Below are positions 10,577 through 19,100 of a stretch of 64,000 bases of DNA, piece after piece. Both the position numbers and the translations under genes were made by a program. This stretch comes from an archaeon (GTDB taxonomy: Archaea > Iainarchaeota > Iainarchaeia > Iainarchaeales > Iainarchaeaceae), in the NCBI GenBank assembly GCA_035289625.1, contig DATDWP010000016.1:11871-75870 (forward strand), given 5' to 3'. Below the pieces are notes generated by a model. That model was given only the letters and a program-made list of their open reading frames with translations, was not told the origin of the DNA and did not search any database. The stretch's first letter is position 1; each line of letters begins with the position of its first letter.

Positions 10577-10803
10577 CTTGAGTCTGCCCCGTTTGACCGC
10601 TTCGATACCCCTGCAACAAATACCGTTTTGCTAATTGATTGTCCCGTGGCAAAGTATAAAAATCCTCTTTTGCAAAAAACCCTTCGCTTTTTTGGTTTTT
10701 TTATCAAAAATTTCTTCCCTTCCACGATTGTGGAAATACCAAGCGACGATCCCCGAAAAAGCGCGTGTTTAAATTGAAAGAAGATAGGTGTTAGTAAGGT
10801 GGG

Positions 10804-11826
10804 GTGAATAATATGAATGCACGTGAATGGTTTGAGAAAAATAAATGCAGTGCAGAGGAATTTTCAGACCTTGAGAGCCTTGAAAAAGAAAAGGAAAAAA
10901 AGAACCTCTCTGTTTCGTGCGTAATTCCTACTCTAAATGAGGAGAAGACAATCAGTAGTGTTGTTTCCAAAATAAAAGATACCCTTGTTGATGATTACCA
11001 TCTTGTGGATGAAATAATTGTTGTGGATTCCGGTTCGCAGGATAGGACACAACAGGTTGCAGAAGAAGCGGGAGCAAGGTTTAGCTATTCAAAAGATATT
11101 TTGCCGCATTACGGATTTGTAAAAGGCAAAGGGGAAAATCTCTGGAAGAGTCTCTATGCTGCATCGGGGGATATTATTGCATGGATTGATGCAGATATTG
11201 AAAATATTAGCCCAAAATTTGTCTACGGGCTTTTGGGGCCTTTGATAAAAGACCCGCAAATTGGTTTTACAAAAGCTTTTTACCAGCGCCCATTGCGAAT
11301 GGACAGCGCATTAAAATCTTTAGAAGGCGGAAGAGTGACAGAGCTTTTGATGCGCCCACTATTCAACCTCTATTTTCCCCAGCTCTCCTGTTTTATCCAG
11401 CCCCTTAGCGGAGAATATGCCGGCAGAAGAAACGTACTTGACAAAATCCCTTTTTTTACAGGTTATGGGGTTGAGATGGGCATGCTCATTGATATTGAAA
11501 GGAAATTTGGCTTGGAGAAAATGGTGCAGGTTGATCTTGATGAAAGGGTGCATCGCAACCGCCCTATAAATGAACTGAGCAAGATGTCATTTGAAATATT
11601 GCAGGCATTTTCAGAAAAAGCAAATGCACTTGGAGTATTTGTGAACCTTGACAAGATAAATAGTATCTACACAATTATCGAACCAAAATTCAATGGAACA
11701 CAGAAACCCGAGTATGAACTCCATACAAATCCGATATTTGCAAGGCAAAGGCCTCCGATGGTAACTATCCCTGAGTATAGGGAAAAATTCCTCTCAGGGC
11801 GCAATAGCATCTACGCTCGCTATTGA
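10804..11826 (+). CDS. gpgS: Glucosyl-3-phosphoglycerate synthase-like glycosyltransferase (GT81)
   Basis: CVIPTLNEE, VVDSGSQDRT, GKGENLWKSLYAASGDIIAWIDADI, FYQRPL, GGRVTELLMRPL, QPLSGEYA, GYGVEMGMLID and HRNRP match my recollection of GpgS blocks. GTG at 10804 or ATG at 10813. Confidence 0.7.
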   Translation: MNNMNAREWFEKNKCSAEEFSDLESLEKEKEKKNLSVSCVIPTLNEEKTISSVVSKIKDTLVDDYHLVDEIIVVDSGSQDRTQQVAEEAGARFSYSKDILPHYGFVKGKGENLWKSLYAASGDIIAWIDADIENISPKFVYGLLGPLIKDPQIGFTKAFYQRPLRMDSALKSLEGGRVTELLMRPLFNLYFPQLSCFIQPLSGEYAGRRNVLDKIPFFTGYGVEMGMLIDIERKFGLEKMVQVDLDERVHRNRPINELSKMSFEILQAFSEKANALGVFVNLDKINSIYTIIEPKFNGTQKPEYELHTNPIFARQRPPMVTIPEYREKFLSGRNSIYARY

Positions 11827-11909
11827 ACAAAATTGCTTGGACACCGGAAAAATTTTTTATGACAGCGCGGTTTAGGTAAATTTTTAAGGTTAATTTTCCA
11901 AATCAGTTA

Positions 11910-12617
11910 ATGGCACAGATATTTGAAGGGTCACTAAAACAGTGGAAATTTGTCCTTGCATTTAGTGCATTTGCAATTCTATTTTGGCTCCTTGAATTCC
12001 TCTACCAATATTACTTTTTCAGTGCAGGGGATCTGAAAAGTTCAATTATAAGAAGTTTTGCACTCGCTGGCGCGACTTTTATTGCGCTCTCTCTTCTCTC
12101 AAGCGTGCTCTTTAAATTTGCCCCAAAATATACCAAATACTGGACAGTGAGAAGGCTTCTTGGAGTGTTTGGATTTTTTTTCACAACAATCCATATCCTG
12201 GCGGCATTGAATTTTGTTTTTGCATGGAATCTAGCATTTGTGTATATGTCACTAAACCCGCTTGAAAATCCACTAATATTTGGTTCAATTGCATACCCTA
12301 TTTTTGCTCTGCTAGCTCTTACATCAACTGATTGGGCTGTTGCAAAACTTGGAGCAAAATGGAAGATGGTACATAGGCTTGTGTATTTTGGGTTTTGGGC
12401 AAGCGTATTTCACTTCCTCACAATAAACCCGCCCGCGATAATGAATCCCCCGGGATATTTTCTCTTGCTTGTAACTTTTTTAGCTCTTGCCGGGGAACTT
12501 TTCTTATGGTATAAAACCGTCAGCGCAAAAAGTTTCAGAACCATTGGAACGTGGGTTGGGATAGTACTAATTTTGCTCTATGTGATAACCGCATACCTTA
12601 AGTGGTTTGCAAAGTAG
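11910..12617 (+). CDS. Ferric-reductase-like / MsrQ(YedZ)-like haem-b membrane protein, paralogue 1
   Basis: 6 TM; conserved His in TM helices (TTIHILA, WKMVHRLVY, SVFHFL). Confidence 0.55.
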   Translation: MAQIFEGSLKQWKFVLAFSAFAILFWLLEFLYQYYFFSAGDLKSSIIRSFALAGATFIALSLLSSVLFKFAPKYTKYWTVRRLLGVFGFFFTTIHILAALNFVFAWNLAFVYMSLNPLENPLIFGSIAYPIFALLALTSTDWAVAKLGAKWKMVHRLVYFGFWASVFHFLTINPPAIMNPPGYFLLLVTFLALAGELFLWYKTVSAKSFRTIGTWVGIVLILLYVITAYLKWFAK

Positions 12618-12651
12618 TGTTAAAAAAACATAAAACGCGGTGCTTAGATGG

Positions 12652-13149
12652 TCAGTCATCTTCAATGTCTTTTTGGGGAATTTCAGATTTTTCATCGATT
12701 TTTGGCCTCTTGACTTTCTTTATTATTTCCTTAACTTTTTCAATAAAATCCGCCACTTCATCAAATATCTCGCCCAAATCCTCTTCGAGCCCGGGTTGTT
12801 CAAGCGAGTATTGGATGTCATTTCTTTTCGAGCGCAAAGAATCAAGAATAACGGATTGCTGTAACGTAATGAGTTCCTGCATTTGGTACTTTTCCTCAAT
12901 GTACTTGCAGACGCAGTAGTGGCTGCGCTCCTTTACCCCGTCCCTGAAAAGAAGCGCCCGCGCGGCATGAAATGAAGAATTGTAGAGGGCAATGAAAGCC
13001 ATATCCTTCATGCTTGTTTCCAAAAGTTCTTCAGCTTCATCCAAAAAATGCTCTGCCTGTTTTATGCTCTGCTCGGCATAATTCAAATTCGGCTTTATCT
13101 TCTTGAGCAGGCCCTGCTCAAAGCATTCCTCAACTTTGGTTTTGTTCAA
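12652..13149 (-). CDS. HEPN-domain protein (toxin partner of the upstream MNT)
   Basis: HAARALLFRDGVKERSH block typical of HEPN (PF05168-like). TTG start overlaps the MNT stop (TTGA). Confidence 0.7.
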   Translation of the reverse strand: MNKTKVEECFEQGLLKKIKPNLNYAEQSIKQAEHFLDEAEELLETSMKDMAFIALYNSSFHAARALLFRDGVKERSHYCVCKYIEEKYQMQELITLQQSVILDSLRSKRNDIQYSLEQPGLEEDLGEIFDEVADFIEKVKEIIKKVKRPKIDEKSEIPQKDIEDD

Positions 13150-13700
13150 AAACCCTCACCGTGCAATATTTTTGATTTGAATTCAAGCTCATTGTAAAAA
13201 ATTTTATCCTTTTCCTTGAGGTTTTGGATATCTTGCGGGGTGAAAAATTTGAGGCTGACCTCCTTGCCAAGTTCGTTGGAAAATTCCTGCCTCAGTTTTC
13301 CCGCCTCAACGATGCGCTTCTTGCTATCTGAAATAATCCACAAATCAATGTCGCTTTGCTTGTCAACAGTGCCCTCAACAACGCTGCCATAAAGCCCGAT
13401 GGAATCGGAAACTTTCTTGAGTGAGGAAAAGGACTTGGAATCAAGAACCTTGTTGGTGTATATTAGAGTAATTATTTCCCTTACCAAAGGATTTGACTTG
13501 TTGAGTGCAATAATTTTGCGGTTATCGCTTTTTTCAACAGAAATAAGTTTATTTTTAGAGTAAAGGTCAATGAACTGGATAATTTTTGCCGGGGAGCATT
13601 TGGCCTTTTTTGCAAGCCCGCGAACTGAAGCATTCTCCAGAATAAGTAATTCAAAAATCTGCAGGTTGAAAGGCCCTAAAAGTTTTGAAAGTCCTGTCAT
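13146..13700 (-). CDS. Minimal nucleotidyltransferase (MNT) with N-terminal wHTH
   Basis: GLYGSVVEGTVDKQSDIDLWI (GS-x10-DxD). Start moved to ATG 13700, which lies ~27 nt downstream of a TTTATAAA box at 13724-13731. Confidence 0.75.
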   Translation of the reverse strand: MTGLSKLLGPFNLQIFELLILENASVRGLAKKAKCSPAKIIQFIDLYSKNKLISVEKSDNRKIIALNKSNPLVREIITLIYTNKVLDSKSFSSLKKVSDSIGLYGSVVEGTVDKQSDIDLWIISDSKKRIVEAGKLRQEFSNELGKEVSLKFFTPQDIQNLKEKDKIFYNELEFKSKILHGEGF

Positions 13701-13755
13701 ACAAATAACATAGATGTTCACAATTTATAAACATAATGTTCACTAAAAATAAACA

Positions 13756-13938
13756 CGCGGGGGACGGGATTTGAACCCGTGAACCCTTTCGAGTAACAGC
13801 TAACTACCATCCAAACCAAATAAGAAAAGCAATTCATATTGCCGGGCTTTTTCTTTTGGTACAGCTTTTCTTTTGGGCCAAACCAAAAGAAAAGGTGTGT
13901 TAGCAGGCTGCCGCATTAGACCACTCTGCCACCCCCGC
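13756..13938 (-). tRNA. tRNA-Ser(GCU), class II, with 99-nt intron at 37/38
   Basis: Exons 13938-13901 and 13801-13756. GCGGGGG/CCCCCGC acceptor, GCA/UGC D stem, GCAGC/GCUGU anticodon stem, loop CUGCUA|A, variable arm UACUCGAAAGGGUUC, ACGGG-UUCAAAU-CCCGU T arm. Confidence 0.85.
13802..13900 (-). other. tRNA-Ser(GCU) intron (99 nt) with two polypurine/polypyrimidine hairpins
   Basis: Perfect 12-bp hairpin cttttcttttgg/ccaaaagaaaag at 13865-13894; imperfect hairpin at 13816-13859. Confidence 0.8.
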
Positions 13939-14184
13939 ATTTTAGGTGTTATATAAAAGTGCCAGGGTAAATTTAAAAGGTTTTAGAATAGGTAAACTAA
14001 ATTCTTTTATTGCCTCAATTTCAAACATAAAAAAATCTGTCTTGGATATAGGTCAATGGCTCACAAATTGAGGCAAAAGCAGGTGGCCCAAAACCGCAGC
14101 AAAGGCCTCGGTGACATAATAAAATATTTTTGTCTTATTTTTGTAAAACGAAGTTATGGTGCCCTGGCCATGCAATATTAGAGT

Positions 14185-14388
14185 TTAAGCCCGTTTTTTA
14201 TGGTGCGCCCGACTTTCAAGCCGGCTAGCTGCAGCATTGAGACGCTCAACACGCGAAGCTGAAAGTGGGTGAACAATTTTGCCCCAAATACTACCCCCCC
14301 CAGCCATTGCCTTCTCGGATCTGATTCTTGCCCTTTTTGCCCTCTGTCTGAGGGAAAAATACTCCCTGGCCTTTTTTATCAAACCCAT
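14185..14388 (-). CDS. Small basic protein (67 aa), N-terminus MGLIKK; contains a G8 run
   Basis: K/R-rich ORF. Coding-strand GGGGGGGG (+ strand C8 at 14294-14301) encodes GGG. Confidence 0.4.
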   Translation of the reverse strand: MGLIKKAREYFSLRQRAKRARIRSEKAMAGGGSIWGKIVHPLSASRVERLNAAASRLESRAHHKKRA

Positions 14389-14440
14389 TCAAAGTAAAAT
14401 GAAAAAGGCAGAATAAAAGGGTTTTGTTTTGAGAATTGTT

Positions 14441-15397
14441 ATGGATTTTTGCAAAATACGCGTAGATAGCCCTTTCTTTCTATCTCCCATGGCGGCAATT
14501 ACAAGCCTGCCATTTAGGCTCATGTGCAAAAAGCAGGGGGCTGGGCTTGTTATTACCGAGCAGATTAATGCTACGCAAATAGCGCGCAACCCCGACCCAT
14601 TCACTAATAATGAATTTTTTACAATTAAATCAACCCCTGATGAAAAGCCCGTTGGGGTGCAGCTCTTTGGGGCTATTGAAAAGGATTTTATTGCAGCGGT
14701 TGAAGCGGTTGAAAAAAATTTTGAATTGATAAATATCAACTGCGGCTGCCCATCGCACAGGGAAGTTTCAATAGGGGCTGGCGCTGCACTTCTAAAAAAG
14801 CCCCAAAAAATAGCAGGGATTGTAGAAGCGATAGCAGGAGTTACAACAAAACCTGTCAGCGCAAAAATACGCCTTGGATGGAGCGAAAATGAATCTGTAA
14901 AAATTGCAAAAATAATTGAAAGGGCAGGCGCTGATGCAATAATGGTGCACGGAAGAACAGCAAGCCAGGGGTATTCCGGAGTTGCAAATTGGCAGGCAAT
15001 AAAAGCGGTGCGAGAAGCGCTATCAATTCCTGTTGTTGCAAATGGGGATGCAAATTCGGCTCAAAAAGCAATGCAGATGCTAAATGAAACTGGCTGCGAA
15101 TTTGGAATGATTGGAAGAAGCGCAATGACAAACCCTTATATTTTCAGGGAAATTAAGGAATTGGGAAATGGAAATGAATGGAAAGCATCTGCTTCCACAA
15201 AAATAAATGGGTTTTTTGATTATTTGCAGGCATGCGAGGAATTTGACATGGTAAAACTTTCGGACCTAAAAATAAAAGCGGTGCAATTTACAAAGGGAAT
15301 CGAATTTACAAAACAAACAAGGGTTGAATTGCAAACAGCGCAGAGCGTAGAAGAAATAAAAGAGGCACTCAATAGGTTTTTGCTGGTGGTTGCATAA
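14441..15397 (+). CDS. dus: tRNA-dihydrouridine synthase (Dus family, FMN-dependent)
   Basis: SPMAAITSLPFR, INCGCPSH, KIRLGW, GADAIMVHGRT, ANGD motifs. ATG 14441 preferred over TTG 14429. Confidence 0.85.
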   Translation: MDFCKIRVDSPFFLSPMAAITSLPFRLMCKKQGAGLVITEQINATQIARNPDPFTNNEFFTIKSTPDEKPVGVQLFGAIEKDFIAAVEAVEKNFELININCGCPSHREVSIGAGAALLKKPQKIAGIVEAIAGVTTKPVSAKIRLGWSENESVKIAKIIERAGADAIMVHGRTASQGYSGVANWQAIKAVREALSIPVVANGDANSAQKAMQMLNETGCEFGMIGRSAMTNPYIFREIKELGNGNEWKASASTKINGFFDYLQACEEFDMVKLSDLKIKAVQFTKGIEFTKQTRVELQTAQSVEEIKEALNRFLLVVA

Positions 15398-15531
15398 AAT
15401 TTTCTGAATGCAACTAAAATCAAAAAAAAGACATCTGACCCATAAGACCTCAAGAACGTCAAGAGGGCGAAGTCGTATAATGGGCAAGACATGGCATAAT
15501 GGATTTTGACATGGAGTTATTTGTTGCCGCC

Positions 15532-15843
15532 CTAGAGATTTTCTTCTATTTGCTGTTTGAACATTGGTTTTGGCATTGAACCGTGTATTTCCCCCGCAAT
15601 TTCTCCATCTTTGAATATTATAAATGTCGGAATTGAGACAATACTATATTTTGAAGAGGTTTCCGGACTCTCATCCACATTCATTTTGACAAATTCGAGT
15701 TTTTCGCCAAATTCTTTTGAGAGTTCCTCAAAAATCGGGGTTGAAACCCTGCAAGGCCCGCACCAAGGGGCCCAAAAATCGACTATCACCGCTTTTTTTG
15801 ATTTTATAAAATCCTCAAAATCTACATCGGTTAATTCTTTCAT
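15532..15843 (-). CDS. trxA: Thioredoxin
   Basis: WAPWCGPC active site; 103 aa. Confidence 0.9.
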   Translation of the reverse strand: MKELTDVDFEDFIKSKKAVIVDFWAPWCGPCRVSTPIFEELSKEFGEKLEFVKMNVDESPETSSKYSIVSIPTFIIFKDGEIAGEIHGSMPKPMFKQQIEENL

Positions 15844-16172
15844 CTATTTCACCTCAGAACAAAAAATTTGCAAAAATCAATTTATAAAAAGATTCACAAT
15901 AATTTAATCGCAATAACTCAATTGCAAAAAATGTGTAAGAAAAATCATGCAGATAGGCAAAGTATTGGGACAACAGAGAGTTCGGAAAGCAAATATTGTA
16001 AATAAAATGAAACGCAAATAATTCAGATTATAAAGTAAAGCAGCATAATAGTTAGTAAAGTAAACCGGTGTTGTGGGGCACAAAGGTTTTTATATTACAA
16101 TTCGATAGATTAATTCCTTTATACACTAAAGGAAAAAACCAGGCTCAAAAATATCTAAATAGGGGGATTACA

Positions 16173-19100
16173 ATGGCGGAAAAAAAATCAACTACTCATG
16201 GGACTCAAAAAACAAAAAACAACAAAGGCCTTGCAATACCCAGGGTTTTTACAAAAAAAGGCACTGACCCTCTTGAAACAATAGATTACGAATTTAGGAC
16301 ATCGATAATAAAAAACCCCGATGGCAGCACTGTTTTTGAAATGAAAGATATCGAAATACCAAAGCAGTGGACGCAGATAGCAACCGATATTATTGCGCAA
16401 AAATATTTTAGAAAAGCAGGCGTTCCGCAATTTGACAAGTACGCAAAACCGCTTCTTGACGAAAACGGCAAACAAATCTTAGGCCCTGAGAGGAGCGCTC
16501 GCCAGGTAGTTAATAGGCTAGCACAGACCTGGAGATGGTGGGGGGAAAAATACGGATATTTTGCAAGTGAAAATGATGCTAATGCTTTTGAAGATGAATT
16601 AAAATTCATGCTAATAAACCAGTACGCAGCGCCAAATAGCCCGCAGTGGTTTAACACGGGGCTCTATCACTCATATGGGATAAATGGCCCGGCGCAGGGG
16701 CACTATTTTGTAAATCCCGATAGTGGAATTTTGGAAAAATCAACAGATGCCTACTCACACCCACAACCACATGCGTGCGGACGCTATGACACATTGCTTT
16801 TTACTGAAAAGGGAATAATTCAACTTGGAAAAATGGTTGAAGAGAAGATGATTGGGGTAAAAGTATTTGACGGACAGCAGTTTGCCAGGGTAATTGCGGT
16901 TAAGGATAATGGCGTGAAAAAGGTTTTCAGGGCATCACTTTCAAACGGAAATTATATAGACTTCACAGATGACCATTTGGTCTTATCTGCAAAGACAAGA
17001 GACCACGCATTTGAATGGATTGAACTAAAGGACATTCTTGGATATAAGGTGCAGCAAGCTCTAAACTTGGAGCAATTACAAGGCCAGATTGTGGAAAATG
17101 TAAATGGGGCAGCCATGCAGAAGAGCATGGAAACCGAAATTGAGTTGGCAAAGGCAGAACTTTCCGGATGGATTGTTGGCGATGGGTATTTTGGCCAATA
17201 TGGCAAGACTACAATGCTCGGGGTAATAACAATCAATGATGACGAGTTTGAACATGTTAAGGGCCTATTTGAGAAAGTGCTTGGTGGATTTACAGTAACC
17301 GTGAAAAGGGAAATAAGCCCTACATATAGAATAGTGAGGCGGGACTTTAAAAGTGTGAGAGGATTTGTAAAAGAGTACGGACTTGAAAAGAAGTCGCTTA
17401 CTGCAAGCGTGCCAAATAAAATAATGCAGTCTGGTGCCGAGGTACAGCGGGCATTTTTGAGGGCACTTTTCCAGGCAGATGGATGTGTTAGGATTAGAAA
17501 TAACGGCAATTCAGGGGACGTTGTACTTACAACAATTTCTGAAGAACTTGCACATCAGGTGCAAAATGTTCTCCTCAATAACGGCATCTACTCAAGAGTG
17601 AGCCTCTGCAACGATTCGAGAAACGATAGGCATACACAGTACCATGTTGAAATCGCTTACTATTCAGAGAGGGTTAAATTTGAGAACCTAATTGGTTTTA
17701 TTTCAGAGGACAAAATCAACAAGTTGCAACGCCTTAATTTAACAGTAGACGGAAAAGAGAAGCCTATAATGTCACTTGAAACCGTATCCGCGATTGAATA
17801 CCTAGGGCAAGAACCTGTGTACGATATACAAACAGAGAGCGGAAAATTTACCGCAAACGGAGTAGTTGTCCATAATTGTTTCATACAATCAGTGAGTGAT
17901 GATTTGGTAAATGAAGGCGGAATTTTTGATCTTGTAACGCGCGAGGCGCGGATTTTCAAATACGGCTCCGGGACAGGGAGCAATTTTTCAATGCTAAGAG
18001 GAAAAGGAGAACCACTCTCAGGCGGCGGAGTGAGTTCGGGCCTTATGTCTTTTCTTAAAATTTTTGACAGGGCAGCGGGGGCAATAAAATCCGGAGGCAC
18101 CACGCGAAGGGCTGCAAAAATGGTAATTCTAAATGTTGATCACCCGGATATTGAAGAATTTGTAATGTGGAAAGTAATTGAGGAACAAAAAGTTGCAGCA
18201 ATGGTTGCAGGAAGCAAGAGTTGCAGCTACTATCTAAATGAAATAATGAGGCTAGCGCATGAAGGCAAATCAACTGATGTTAGAAAGAATAAAGAACTCG
18301 GGAGAACAATTCGCAGCGCCCTCAAATTCAATGTTCCCGCAAGCTATATTTTCAGGGCCTTGCAGCTAGCAGAGCAGGGGGAAACCAGCATTGATTTTAG
18401 AACATATGATACAAATTACAATTCAGACGCGTACGCAACAGTATCGGGGCAGAATTCAAACAATACAGTTAGGATTAGCAATGATTTTATCGAAGCTGTA
18501 CTAAATGATTCTGATTGGGAGTTAAAATTTAGGACAAATAAGAACATTACCCGCAAAATCAAGGCAAGGGATCTGTGGAACAAAATAGCAATTGCGGCCT
18601 GGCACTCGGCTGACCCCGGAGTGCAATATGATGACACAATAAATGAATGGCACACCTGCCCAAATGATGGAAGGATAAATGCAACAAACCCCTGCGTAAC
18701 CGGGGATACCTTAGTGCTTACAAAGGAAAACGGGTGGCAGAGGATAGACAAACTTGTCGGAAAGGAAATAGAATTAATCACAAACATAGATTCAATGAGC
18801 ACTGGTCTTACTAAAGGGTCATTTGAAACAGGCATAAAACCGGTTTATACTCTTACAACTAACGCCGGTTATGAAATAAAGCTCACTGCAGACCATAAAG
18901 TTTATACCGCAAACCGCGGGTTTGTACAGGCAGTAGAACTGACAAAAGATGATTTTGTGTGCCTACCTTCAGAGAACGTTGCTGAAATAAAAGAGCCAAC
19001 TGATAAGGACTTTTTCAGGCTTTTAGGGCTCTACCTTGGTGACGGGTGCGGCTCGAGGGGGCAAATACAGCTTACAATGGATAAGGCTGAAGAGAAGGTA

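Larger units (their letters stand above)
10396..10614 (-). tRNA. tRNA-Leu(CAA), class II, with 135-nt intron at 37/38
   Basis: Exons 10614-10577 and 10441-10396. GCAGGGG/CUCCUGC acceptor (one G-U), 3-bp D stem, GCAGA/UCUGC anticodon stem, loop CUCAAG|A, 15-nt variable arm, GGCGG-UUCGAAU-CCGCC T arm. Junctions fit a BHB. Confidence 0.85.

Noticed and set aside
10456-10777. ORFs 10456-10725 (-) and 10481-10777 (+)
   Set aside because: They run across the tRNA-Leu exons and the structured intron, so the reading frames are by-products of an RNA gene.
12602-12919. ORFs 12602-12919 (+) and 12640-12864 (+)
   Set aside because: They are antisense to the HEPN gene, which forms a coupled operon with the MNT gene.
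16068-16172. 35-aa N-terminal extension of nrdJ from the track's alternative start
   Set aside because: ATG 16173 is preceded by a GGGGGA box and gives MAEKKST. The upstream part overlaps a TATA-like box (16087-16097) and is hydrophobic with no conserved motifs.
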